Source: Candidatus Harrisonbacteria bacterium (GTDB lineage: Bacteria > Patescibacteriota > Minisyncoccia > UBA6257 > 1-14-0-10-44-23). Taken from it: a stretch of 55,779 bases of DNA. Below, piece by piece: positions 1 through 8,125 of this stretch (its first letter is position 1; every line of letters starts with the position of its first letter). The notes below the pieces were generated by a model. It saw only the letters and a list, made by a program, of their open reading frames with translations, did no database searches and was not told the origin of the DNA. The stretch covers positions 1 through 55,779 of the forward strand of contig JAHFLF010000004.1 in assembly GCA_023255625.1 (NCBI GenBank), in the 5' to 3' direction. A program made the translations under genes and the position numbers.

Positions 1-1100
1 GTCGGCCGATCACAGCGCGGCAGAGGCGAGCCACCATGGCTGACCTCAAGAATATAATAACCAGCTGCCAGAGGAGCGCTAAACTTGCCGGAGGCATCAG
101 TCATCAGCGTAGTCACCAGATAATTATTACTCTTGCGAATGACAATTTGAGCATTGGCATCGGGCCGGTCGGCACAGTTCGAATCCGGCGGCGTACGCTC
201 AACCGGACAGGTCGGGCCGATATGCACATAACCATTAATACCGCTTAAACCATTCCCTGTCGAATCAGCCGTAACAACAATGGTTGCCTGCGCAGTCGCA
301 GCACTTTGCAGCTTGATAGTGTAACCCTTTATTGCAACTGTCTGATGCGTAATCATGCCTAGCTGGACTTCCTGACTGCCGGGGTTAAATTCACTGTGAT
401 CAACGATCAGTAAAGGCGCGAGTTCGCCCGCCCAAATGCACTGTACATTTTGCTGACAGCGCGAATCATTTATTTTATCAAGACCCACAATCAGTCCGTC
501 TGGGAAAAGAACATTGTCGCGGATATTCAGCGTGACTGCCTTCCCAAAGACACCGTACTTATTTGAAACCTGATCCGCGCTAAACTTCACCGGAATGATG
601 ATCTGCTTGTCCTTCGCCGGATCGCCGGAGGGATTATCGTTTTTGAGAACCAGCGAACCGTCCACAAATGGTGCGGACTTAAAAGTCAAAACTACTTTGA
701 ACGGCACAAAATCATTAGTCATCCATTCGCCTTGCGCTTGCGCTGGAGCTTCCGCGATCACATTTCCCGTCGCGTCCAATAATTTTACCGGAAAACTTGC
801 TTCAAAATACCAGGTGCCGCGGGCCTTTCCGGTGACGACTAGCGGACTGGAAATAGTCGCCCCAGAAACCGGAGCGTTTACTTGAATAAGATCGTTTAAA
901 TCACCACTGATATCCCGTACAAAATGCTTACCGTCCGGCGTGTTGCATTGCTCGGGGTAACTCTCCATGACCGGATACTTGGCTGCGCATTCTTCAAATG
1001 TGGTTATCGGCACGCTACTGCGCGCCACCAAAAATACCCAAGCGCCAACAGCAATGGCCAGAACCGCTATCAATGCCGTAATTAACCGTTTTGTGCTCAT
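1..1100 (-). CDS. Signal-anchored Gmad2 Ig-like domain protein with a carboxypeptidase-regulatory-like C-terminal part; C-terminus cut by the window edge
   Basis: Not in the ORF track because there is no stop inside the window. ATG at 1100..1098. My translation is MSTKRLITALIAVLAIAVGAWVFLVARSS (TM anchor), then APVSGATISSPLVVTGKARGTWYFEASFPVKLLDATGNVIAEAPAQAQGEWMTNDFVPFKVVLTF (Gmad2-type pattern). The frame stays open to base 1. Confidence 0.7.
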   Translation of the reverse strand, partial: MSTKRLITALIAVLAIAVGAWVFLVARSSVPITTFEECAAKYPVMESYPEQCNTPDGKHFVRDISGDLNDLIQVNAPVSGATISSPLVVTGKARGTWYFEASFPVKLLDATGNVIAEAPAQAQGEWMTNDFVPFKVVLTFKSAPFVDGSLVLKNDNPSGDPAKDKQIIIPVKFSADQVSNKYGVFGKAVTLNIRDNVLFPDGLIVGLDKINDSRCQQNVQCIWAGELAPLLIVDHSEFNPGSQEVQLGMITHQTVAIKGYTIKLQSAATAQATIVVTADSTGNGLSGINGYVHIGPTCPVERTPPDSNCADRPDANAQIVIRKSNNYLVTTLMTDASGKFSAPLAAGYYILEVSHGGSPLPRCDRP

Positions 1101-1130
1101 AGAATAGAAGACGCTTATATTAATAATATA

Positions 1131-1514
1131 TTACCTCAACTGCAAAACATACCGCTTAAGCTGCGCGCGAACTTGTTTGGGGTTAGGAATAGTTTGCCCA
1201 ACCAGCGACCAAAAATTTTTAGAATGATTCATTTCAGCCAAATGACAAAGTTCGTGCACTATCAAATAATCCTGCAGCGCGCTCGGCAAAAATAAAATTT
1301 TGTAGTTAAAGCTTAAATTTCTTTTGAGAGAACAGCTGCCCCAACGAGTCTTTTGATTGCGGATAGTAACGCGGTTATAGCTAAAGCCGTAATGACGGTT
1401 AAATTCTTGCAAGCGCAGACGAATGACCTCCTCCGCCTGTCGCTTATGCTTTTTATAGTGCCCGCGTATCACCCTGCGTCTCACCTTCACCCGATGGACT
1501 TTCCAAAATATCAT
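1131..1514 (-). CDS. YgjP-like M48/DUF45 family metal-dependent hydrolase
   Basis: 127 aa. HExxH zinc motif in LIVHELCHLAEMNHSKNFW. WGSCS and the NYKILFLP context are typical of DUF45. Confidence 0.8.
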   Translation of the reverse strand: MIFWKVHRVKVRRRVIRGHYKKHKRQAEEVIRLRLQEFNRHYGFSYNRVTIRNQKTRWGSCSLKRNLSFNYKILFLPSALQDYLIVHELCHLAEMNHSKNFWSLVGQTIPNPKQVRAQLKRYVLQLR

Positions 1515-1846
1515 TTTTTATATTTGTCCGGCAGGCCCCACTGCCAGCGCGGCTTTTCACCGGTCTTGTAGCAGATGTAGAGCAGGATAGCCACGAGTGC
1601 AACCGTTTTTACAATGAACCACAAAGGAGGCGCGCCGGTCGTCTCAACCTCATCGCCGATGATGATCCCATTCGCCACGATAAGAGCGACAAAAACAAGA
1701 AGCGTAACCCAGCCCTGCCAGCGTGCCGGCGTCCAACCCCAGCCATATAGTTTGGCCTTAAACCAGTACTTCTGCGGATTATCCTTTAGATAAGCGATAT
1801 ATTCTTTGATCATTATTCTTATTGTAACATGCCCTAGCCAATACAC
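1511..1846 (-). CDS. Small membrane protein, unknown function
   Basis: 111 aa with two hydrophobic segments (GWVTLLVFVALIVANGIIIG, FIVKTVALVAILLYICY). Its stop overlaps the downstream start by 4 nt (ATGA). Confidence 0.55.
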   Translation of the reverse strand: MYWLGHVTIRIMIKEYIAYLKDNPQKYWFKAKLYGWGWTPARWQGWVTLLVFVALIVANGIIIGDEVETTGAPPLWFIVKTVALVAILLYICYKTGEKPRWQWGLPDKYKK

Positions 1847-1874
1847 GGTTATACAAGTCCTGATATTCGCTTTT

Positions 1875-1904
1875 TTGCTATTCTTTCGTCTACTGTCGTA
1901 TAAT
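1875..1904 (+). promoter_or_regulatory. Candidate sigma70-type promoter of the PP2C gene; leaderless geometry
   Basis: TTGCTA (1875-1880), 18-nt spacer, TATAAT (1899-1904). The ATG at 1911 is only 6 nt after the -10 box and there is no SD. Confidence 0.5.
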
Positions 1905-1910
1905 CAATCC

Positions 1911-2672
1911 ATGGTAGAGCAAGCCCCTGATCCAAACGAGATAACAAAAGAAATACCTCCGGAAGAGCTTGTGCAAACAGCGCAGCATCCTTTTGAACAT
2001 CCGCTAATCGTCGAGAACAAAGTCGGCACCTTAGTCGCTGCGACTGATATTGGTTTTGGTAGAGAAAGAAATGAAGATGTGGTTGTCGTAGTGCCAGGAA
2101 AAGGATTTGCGGTCGTTGATGGAATGGGCGGTCACGGCAAGGGCGATATCGCGGCTAAAATTCTAGCCGCAGAGTTGGAAAAGGCATTATCCGGACAGCA
2201 AACAATGACAGAGGCCAGGAGAGCGGCCAGCAGAAAAATGAAAGAGAGAGGGTTAAAGGCCGAAGGCGCTTGTTTTTTGAGCGTTCAAATTGTTGGCAAT
2301 AAACTACTTATTGATCGGGCTGGCGATCCCCGGCTGGTTGTTCTATCCAGAGACGGAAAAGTAAAATTCGAAACTGCCGATGAATCTGCCGGCAGAATAG
2401 TTTTCAATTCAGTCCAAGGCAAGAGCCCGGGTGATAAAACTCATGAAGAAATCGCGGTGGCCGTGGGCGACCGCGTCTATGCCGCCTCCGATGGGTTATG
2501 GGGCAACGATGATATAGAGAGTGAGCTAAAACTAGCCGGCACTATAGATCTAGTTGCCGCTGAAGCACTGCGTAAGCTATACCAGTCCGAGCTCGAAGAA
2601 ATGCGAAGTGGCAGAAGAAAGCCGGGCGACAATATCACGATAGTGATTCAAGAAATAACTAATCTGGACTAG
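1911..2672 (+). CDS. PP2C-family Ser/Thr protein phosphatase
   Basis: Motifs RERNEDVVVV, AVVDGMGGHGKGDIAA and YAASDGLWG. The ORF-track start at 1806 runs through the promoter, so the internal ATG at 1911 (MVEQAPDP) is preferred. Confidence 0.8.
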   Translation: MVEQAPDPNEITKEIPPEELVQTAQHPFEHPLIVENKVGTLVAATDIGFGRERNEDVVVVVPGKGFAVVDGMGGHGKGDIAAKILAAELEKALSGQQTMTEARRAASRKMKERGLKAEGACFLSVQIVGNKLLIDRAGDPRLVVLSRDGKVKFETADESAGRIVFNSVQGKSPGDKTHEEIAVAVGDRVYAASDGLWGNDDIESELKLAGTIDLVAAEALRKLYQSELEEMRSGRRKPGDNITIVIQEITNLD

Positions 2673-2737
2673 AACCCGGGGCGGTTGGGAAAAAACACAA
2701 CAAATGAAAGATTGATCGATATTGATCACAATAATCT

Positions 2738-2757
2738 ATTTACCTATTCGTACGAAT
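2738..2757. repeat. Second copy of the 20-nt ArsR-box repeat containing the palindrome ATTCGTACGAAT
   Basis: atttacctattcgtacgaat is identical to 3109-3128. The 12-bp perfect palindrome is at 2746-2757. It lies between the convergent PP2C and arsR stops. Confidence 0.6.
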
Positions 2758-2793
2758 TAGACAATAAGAAAATTTGAGCAAAAAATTAACTTA

Positions 2794-3060
2794 CTAGAGA
2801 GAGTCTATAGCTGTCTTTGCGGTTGCGGGCAATTGCGAGGCAAGCCGATAGTGCATGCTTAAGTCCACCTGATCGCGCTCCACAAGTCCGGCTGCCGAAA
2901 GTACACCTATATGTTTCGAAGTTGACTTGAACGAAAGTGAAATAAATCCCGCGATATTACCCACCGTCGCACCGGGCCGTTTTTTCAAGTACTGCAAAAT
3001 TGCAAGACGCCGCCGATTTGCCAATGCTTTGTGTATCTTTTCTAAATCTTTAAGATTCAT
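2794..3060 (-). CDS. ArsR/SmtB-family winged-helix transcriptional regulator
   Basis: 88 aa. HKALANRRRLAILQYLKKRPGATVGNIAGFISLSFKSTSKHIGVLSAAGLVERDQ matches the ArsR HTH pattern. Confidence 0.85.
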   Translation of the reverse strand: MNLKDLEKIHKALANRRRLAILQYLKKRPGATVGNIAGFISLSFKSTSKHIGVLSAAGLVERDQVDLSMHYRLASQLPATAKTAIDSL

Positions 3061-3098
3061 AAAAAATGGAAAGTGCTAAGAATATTCCTCATGCTTTT

Positions 3099-3128
3099 AT
3101 TATACACCATTTACCTATTCGTACGAAT
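3099..3128 (-). promoter_or_regulatory. arsR promoter (extended -10) with an overlapping palindromic operator
   Basis: The minus strand reads TTCGTA-17 nt-TGtTATAAT (-10 at 3104..3099). The perfect palindrome ATTCGTACGAAT (3117-3128) overlaps the -35 position, 57 nt upstream of the ATG at 3060. Confidence 0.6.
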
Positions 3129-3160
3129 AAGGGTATAAGAGAATTCGGCATGCCCTTGTT

Positions 3161-3745
3161 CTACAGCGCGTGCGCTTGCCTGACAGCAACTCGTATCTCA
3201 TCCATTAATTCTTGCCATAGCGCATAGCCAGGTTCCGAGGCGACACAACGGTCCTGCGGACTTTCCCACACGAGGTATTTCCCGTTAGCCAATTGAACGA
3301 CTATAGTACTTTCAAAGATTTTCTCGCCGGTATCAGAAATCTGTAAAAGCCCCAATGCGCCACGCTGCGGCCGGCAATCCCCGTCTCCATCATTTTTCAC
3401 GGCTTCAAGCAACGATCCCGTCGAAAGGCCGTATACATTGCTTTCATAATCGCGATATGTTGGAAAGCGGCTATAGACCAAATCCTGAAGGACTCCGGTG
3501 GCGGGCACGGAAACACCAAGTTCAGCTATGGTCAAGACACCATTGGCCGAATTTGTAATCGGTTGGTCCGGATACTCGTATCCAACTGTTGGTAAATTCT
3601 CATTAGACAACGGCACTTCGTAGGTATCAAGGGGCAACGACGGCGCATTCTTAAGCAAAGACATCCGATGAATCGCATATGCTACCACAAGGAGCGCAGC
3701 CAGCCCCGCCGCCGCAAAAAAATATGTCGCTATCTTCTTAATCAT
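3161..3745 (-). CDS. Signal-anchored hypothetical protein
   Basis: 194 aa with an N-terminal hydrophobic anchor (MIKKIATYFFAAAGLAALLVVAYAI). No family recognised. Confidence 0.6.
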   Translation of the reverse strand: MIKKIATYFFAAAGLAALLVVAYAIHRMSLLKNAPSLPLDTYEVPLSNENLPTVGYEYPDQPITNSANGVLTIAELGVSVPATGVLQDLVYSRFPTYRDYESNVYGLSTGSLLEAVKNDGDGDCRPQRGALGLLQISDTGEKIFESTIVVQLANGKYLVWESPQDRCVASEPGYALWQELMDEIRVAVRQAHAL

Positions 3746-3772
3746 ATAGAGCCATCATACTCCTTATGCCCC

Positions 3773-4282
3773 TCATAAACTACGGCTGTCGTAAGCCCAA
3801 TGAAGAAGTGCTTGTCGCTGACGAGGTCGGCAAGAAAAATCACCCGGCCGGCAATTATGCGAAACGGCTGCTACATGACGGACTATCGCCTTCCACCGCT
3901 TGATTTGCCGCTCATCCTCTTTTGGAATCCGCCTGCCCATATAGTAGCGGCAATACCACTGGAACCAGCCGCGCGGGTCATCCTTATAAATCCATCCTTT
4001 GTGCCTCCATGCCCAGAGCGGCAAACTCGCGTTCACTTTGAAATAATTTAACTTCGGGTCATGCTTTTCGTGGCACAGCTTCGCATGAGTAAACCAATCC
4101 GCAGGAAACTCATCACGACAATCTGTCATGTATTTTCCGCCAAACACGCCAAGTTCAAGCATTTCTTTTGGCGTAAGATCCGGCTTAAAATCCGGATGAA
4201 AATTCTGCCCTGCCGGCTCGGTAAGTTCGTATGTATACCTTTTCTGAAATGTATCGTTCACTCTTACCGTATTTTTTCTCAC
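3773..4282 (-). CDS. Conserved-looking hypothetical protein (Trp/Tyr/Arg-rich)
   Basis: 169 aa, GWFQWYCRYYMGRRIPKEDERQIKRWKAI. The start overlaps the tspO stop by 4 nt. I cannot name the family. Confidence 0.55.
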   Translation of the reverse strand: MRKNTVRVNDTFQKRYTYELTEPAGQNFHPDFKPDLTPKEMLELGVFGGKYMTDCRDEFPADWFTHAKLCHEKHDPKLNYFKVNASLPLWAWRHKGWIYKDDPRGWFQWYCRYYMGRRIPKEDERQIKRWKAIVRHVAAVSHNCRPGDFSCRPRQRQALLHWAYDSRSL

Positions 4283-4779
4283 GGGTTTAATATCCAGATG
4301 GAGTAGTTAAGATAGGCAGCAAAACTGACCCAAAGGATGTAGGGCGCCAGAAGCCAAGCGGCCGGCTGAGAGATTTTCGCAAAGGCAATGATTGTAGTGA
4401 GAATGGCGAGCCAAAGGAATACGATCTCAACGAGCGCACCGCCCGGACTGTGTAGGCCGAAAAAAATAATTGACCAGAGCGTATTCAAAACCAGCTGTAC
4501 AAAAAACAACCCAATTGCCCACCTCCTCCACCGAAACATTATGACATTATTGCTAATATCATAATGTTGTTTCCACACCAACCACAGCGAGATTCCCATC
4601 AGCAGATAAAGTGTCGTCCACACCGGCCCAAACACCCACGCCGGAGGATTAATGGCCGGCTTCACAATCCCTGCATACCAACCGTCAATAGACGGTGTCG
4701 TAAACACCGAGCCAATAATTCCGGCAAGCTCGCACGCTACGATAGCGATGACGAGCTTGAGGGTGTTATTGATTCTCAT
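4279..4779 (-). CDS. tspO: TspO/MBR tryptophan-rich sensory protein
   Basis: 166 aa, five TM segments, GWYAGIVKPAINPPAWVFGPVWTTLYLLMGISLWLVW is the TspO signature region. Confidence 0.9.
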   Translation of the reverse strand: MRINNTLKLVIAIVACELAGIIGSVFTTPSIDGWYAGIVKPAINPPAWVFGPVWTTLYLLMGISLWLVWKQHYDISNNVIMFRWRRWAIGLFFVQLVLNTLWSIIFFGLHSPGGALVEIVFLWLAILTTIIAFAKISQPAAWLLAPYILWVSFAAYLNYSIWILNP

Positions 4780-4826
4780 ATGTCACCATTATACTCCTAA
4801 CGGCGACAAAATGGCGGCGAACCCTA

Positions 4827-5705
4827 TTACTTTCTCAAACCAATTTTCCAAATTCCTTTTTCCAAAAATGCCTCGACGGTCTGCCGATTCGCTTTGTTGA
4901 TTAAGTTTGAATGCGACAGTTTATGCTTTTTTCCGTACTCAGCGAGGGTAACGATTTCAGCCCCCTCCAAATACGCCAACCGTTTATGATAACTATTCGT
5001 AAGCGATTTACCCACTATCTCCTCCATTATTGCAGTCGTGCCCTTTGATTCAAATTCCTTGAATGCCTCATAGTACATTTTTCGATCAATAAATTTGATA
5101 TTAACCGGCACAAAACCTTCTCGTAAAAGAAGATAATTATTAATCACTCTTCCAATGCGACCATTCCCGTCTCCAAATGGATGAATATATTCAAAGGTAA
5201 GATGAAGCCGGGCGATACGCTTAATGATATTTTCGTGGCTTGCCGAGTTGTATCCCGCCAACATTTTTTCCAATCGCTCAATAACCTCTTCGGGGCGGGA
5301 GCCGATATGATTGGCAACGCGAACATACTCCTTCTCGATGCGAAATCTTCCCGCAATATCATCGCGAATATTAGACATTAACATCTTATGTAAAGACAAA
5401 ATCATCTCTAAGGTAAGCTCTTGCTGTTTAGCTTTTGAATCTATATACGAAACGACGCGTGCCAAATTTTTTGCCTCAAAAATTTCCCTTTGGCCAACAA
5501 ACCGATCCAAGTCAATTTGAAGCAGAATTTTTTCGGTTTCCTCAAGACTCAAAGTGCTATCTTCAATGGCATTTGAGTTATATACTTGCTCTGCAACTTC
5601 AGTTTCAGCAATCAACTTAATAAGCGCCTCCTTACCGGTGACGGATTTATAGTATCGCTCACGAAGTGAATTCACCTTTTTGAAGACATTCAGTGTTTTC
5701 GCCAT
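4827..5705 (-). CDS. Fic-family protein (AMPylase-type) with an N-terminal inhibitory-motif-like SNAIED
   Basis: Fic motif HPFGDGNGRIGR. The ORF-track start at 5729 lies inside the promoter, so the ATG at 5705 (MAKTLNVFKK) is preferred because it sits 7 nt after a consensus -10. Confidence 0.88.
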   Translation of the reverse strand: MAKTLNVFKKVNSLRERYYKSVTGKEALIKLIAETEVAEQVYNSNAIEDSTLSLEETEKILLQIDLDRFVGQREIFEAKNLARVVSYIDSKAKQQELTLEMILSLHKMLMSNIRDDIAGRFRIEKEYVRVANHIGSRPEEVIERLEKMLAGYNSASHENIIKRIARLHLTFEYIHPFGDGNGRIGRVINNYLLLREGFVPVNIKFIDRKMYYEAFKEFESKGTTAIMEEIVGKSLTNSYHKRLAYLEGAEIVTLAEYGKKHKLSHSNLINKANRQTVEAFLEKGIWKIGLRK

Positions 5706-5712
5706 ATATTGA

Positions 5713-5752
5713 ATTATACTCCTATTCACGATTTTGTCAAGATAATCGTGAA
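5713..5752 (-). promoter_or_regulatory. Consensus promoter of the Fic gene, bracketed by an inverted repeat (candidate operator); leaderless geometry
   Basis: The minus strand reads TTGACA (5740..5735)-16 nt-TATAAT (5718..5713), then 7 nt, then ATG 5705. Inverted repeat TTCACGATT (5725-5733) / AATCGTGAA (5744-5752) flanks the -35. A third partial copy cgatttttcacg is at 5769-5780. Confidence 0.65.
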
Positions 5753-5818
5753 AATATGCAATAAAAAACGATTTTTCACGGTTATGAGCTCATTAGCAAG
5801 AGATGTAAACATCCTCAA

Positions 5819-6070
5819 TTACGGAATGAAACCTCCTGAAGCGGCGCTGGGCGTACTGCCCCCGCTAATGAGATAGAGCTGTTCCACCTTCTCCCGCGCC
5901 CACGGCGTTTTGCGCAAAAATGTCAGGCTCGACTTGATACTCGGGTCTTTCAAAAAGCAATTAATCTTAATCCGCGCGCCAAGCTTCTCCCACCCATACT
6001 TCTCAACTAAAAACTCCAATATCACCTGCAGCGTCTTCCCATGCAACGGATCATTTGATTTCGTCTCCAT
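5819..6070 (-). CDS. VF530/DUF2132-family small DNA-binding-like protein
   Basis: 83 aa, [61 protein letters not shown] matches my memory of the DUF2132 pattern. Confidence 0.7.
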   Translation of the reverse strand: METKSNDPLHGKTLQVILEFLVEKYGWEKLGARIKINCFLKDPSIKSSLTFLRKTPWAREKVEQLYLISGGSTPSAASGGFIP

Positions 6071-6100
6071 CCCCTCAGTCTAGCACTCCTAATGGTGGCT

Positions 6101-6141
6101 GCTTGCCCGTCCGTAGTCCGCATTAGAAGGACGAAGGAGGG
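6101..6141. repeat. Short GC-rich hairpin repeat (cttgccc.tccgtag ... cgaaggaggg), related to 48306-48339
   Basis: gcttgcccgtccgtagtccgcattagaaggacgaaggaggg compared with the reverse complement of ccaccctccttcgctaaagctacggagggcaagc. Confidence 0.45.
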
Positions 6142-6162
6142 AACCCGTTATTCCGTAACAAG

Positions 6163-6495
6163 TCATTTAATAAATGACTTATAATAAATTTTGTAAGCTA
6201 CGATAACTGTGCCTAGGCCGATTGCAATGAATACAACCCATCGCGCTAAGTTATCTTGTGGCGGGAATAGGCTAACAGCAATCTGAGAAAAAGTCATAAA
6301 AAACATCGCAAATGAAAGAGATGTCGCAACCTGATTGAATCTGTCGGTGCTCTTATTGGACTTTTCAATCGTATCTTTAAGTCGCCGCATCATTTCAACC
6401 TGCGCCTGCTGGGCTGGAAGGCCGCTAGGCGTACCGATCACACCCCTACCAGCATCGTCGACTAATTCATTATCTGATTTAATATTTTCATTCAT
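6163..6495 (-). CDS. Small two-TM membrane protein downstream of the ATPase-DUF4435 gene
   Basis: 110 aa. Soluble N-terminal half, then SLSFAMFFMTFSQIAVSLF and WVVFIAIGLGTVIVAYKIYY. Same strand as the upstream gene and 48 nt after its stop. Confidence 0.5.
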   Translation of the reverse strand: MNENIKSDNELVDDAGRGVIGTPSGLPAQQAQVEMMRRLKDTIEKSNKSTDRFNQVATSLSFAMFFMTFSQIAVSLFPPQDNLARWVVFIAIGLGTVIVAYKIYYKSFIK

Positions 6496-6543
6496 ATCAA
6501 TAGTCGCTGAATCAGTATCCTCTCAATCCCTGAGGACGATTCA

Positions 6544-8007
6544 TCAAGTAATAAGAAATTTAAACTCCGAAAAATATTTTCCTAACAAATCATCTTGAGG
6601 AATTTTTTCCAAAATTTCGACCATTAAATCATATTTCTTTTTCCTATCTCCCTTTTTATCTTCAACTAATCTGACAAAAACTTCGGATCCATCAATGTAG
6701 TCAATAAGCTCAGCCACGGTGGCACTTTTCCCAAGAGCAACTTGGATGGGCTTGATTGCTGGCTTAGTCTTAACTTCAATTAAATTTATAAGTGCTTTAA
6801 TCTTCGCTTCCCAATCAGTCACTTCATACAAATTTAAAATTTCTGGATTAAGCAAATAATTTTCAATACAATACTTCTCTAATTGTATTAAATTTTTATA
6901 CTCAACCTTCTCGATATCTGTCAGGGGTTTATTGTCTCCATCTATCAAGAAATAAACATTCTGAACTGGTATATTTTTAAAAACTTTTGAAAAACTTTTC
7001 ACAAACTCTGAACCCCCATTAACAATTTGTACGCTTATATCTAGCTTTAATATTTTTGCAATCTCCTCTAATACTGTCTTATGAGATTCATCTTCAACAT
7101 AGACAAGCTTGCCCTTCGTAGTAATCCCTTGAATAATTTTTATCGTATCCCCAGCCAAATCGCTTATCATAGCCGGAGTAAAATTTTTATCAACTAAAAC
7201 CTTCTCATTGTCCCAGAACAAAAATTTAGTCCTCGGCCTAAATTTATCTAAAGCAATAACACGAGAGTGAGTAACAGTTATTATCTGCTTCTCATATTGA
7301 GTGGAGAAAAAATCAAGAAAATCAAAAAGTTTTTCCTCGAGAGACCAATTGAGATGAACTTCAGGTTCATCGATAAGGTAGATATCCGTAAAATCTCTAG
7401 AAAAATAAATTGCGAATACAAGGGAAATTATAGCATTTTCGCCTTCACTTAATTTATTTAAAGATAAACTTTTTTTATTTTTTACTATTTGTGATTGATA
7501 TTTTGAATTCTCAGCATCCCAGCTAAAAATTAGTTGATAGTTAAAAATCCTTTTAAGAACTTTATCGTATTCTTCCTGAACAGCCTTAGCAGCGTCTGCT
7601 TTTAAGTGAGTACTCTTATTAACAAGGAGCTCTGCACTTTCTACAAGGTATTCGGCAATAGACTTTATTATTTGTACATTTTGATCTTCAATTTGTTGAT
7701 TTAAAATTTGATTAATTTCTTGAGCCTGCTTACTTTTATCGTATCCAAACTGTGTCTTAAGATTTTCAACTAAAACTTTCTGAGCATTACGTTTCGGACT
7801 AAAAACAATGACATCCTTTTTCCCAGCAGGATCGCTAAAAAAAACTTTTCCGCTATCTCCTCTATGACAAGAAATCCAGTTCAGCAACTGACTCTTACCT
7901 GTCCCGTTAGTTCCAGAAATCAAATTTAATCCGACAATAAAGTCCATGTCTTGCTGGAATACGCCTTCCCATAAACTAATTTTAATTTGCTTGATATAAT
8001 TTTTCAT
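6544..8007 (-). CDS. ABC/AAA_21-type ATPase fused to a DUF4435/Toprim-like domain (OLD / PARIS AriA-AriB-like single polypeptide)
   Basis: Walker A GTNGTGKS, signature LSEGE, Walker B IYLIDEPEVHLN, H-loop TVTHS. The C-terminal part has LVYVEDESHK, GGSEFV, YFLIDGDNKP and KYCIENYLLNPE (Toprim/DUF4435-like acidic motifs and the IENYL motif). Visibly more AT-rich than its neighbours. Confidence 0.78.
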   Translation of the reverse strand: MKNYIKQIKISLWEGVFQQDMDFIVGLNLISGTNGTGKSQLLNWISCHRGDSGKVFFSDPAGKKDVIVFSPKRNAQKVLVENLKTQFGYDKSKQAQEINQILNQQIEDQNVQIIKSIAEYLVESAELLVNKSTHLKADAAKAVQEEYDKVLKRIFNYQLIFSWDAENSKYQSQIVKNKKSLSLNKLSEGENAIISLVFAIYFSRDFTDIYLIDEPEVHLNWSLEEKLFDFLDFFSTQYEKQIITVTHSRVIALDKFRPRTKFLFWDNEKVLVDKNFTPAMISDLAGDTIKIIQGITTKGKLVYVEDESHKTVLEEIAKILKLDISVQIVNGGSEFVKSFSKVFKNIPVQNVYFLIDGDNKPLTDIEKVEYKNLIQLEKYCIENYLLNPEILNLYEVTDWEAKIKALINLIEVKTKPAIKPIQVALGKSATVAELIDYIDGSEVFVRLVEDKKGDRKKKYDLMVEILEKIPQDDLLGKYFSEFKFLIT

Positions 8008-8125
8008 AAAAATACCCCACTCCCCCGGCTTGGAAGGTTACGGGTGTAAAGTCCTAAGTCATCGGGCTCGTGTGCGCCCACCAACTATTAATTTATCTCA
8101 ATTATACCAATTTTTAAGCCAAAAA

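Noticed and set aside
170-195. tRNA T-arm-like string ggcacagttcgaatccggcgg.
   Set aside because: It lies inside the open frame of the 1..1100 minus-strand CDS. No acceptor, D or anticodon stems can be drawn around it. No tRNA was found in any intergenic region of the window.
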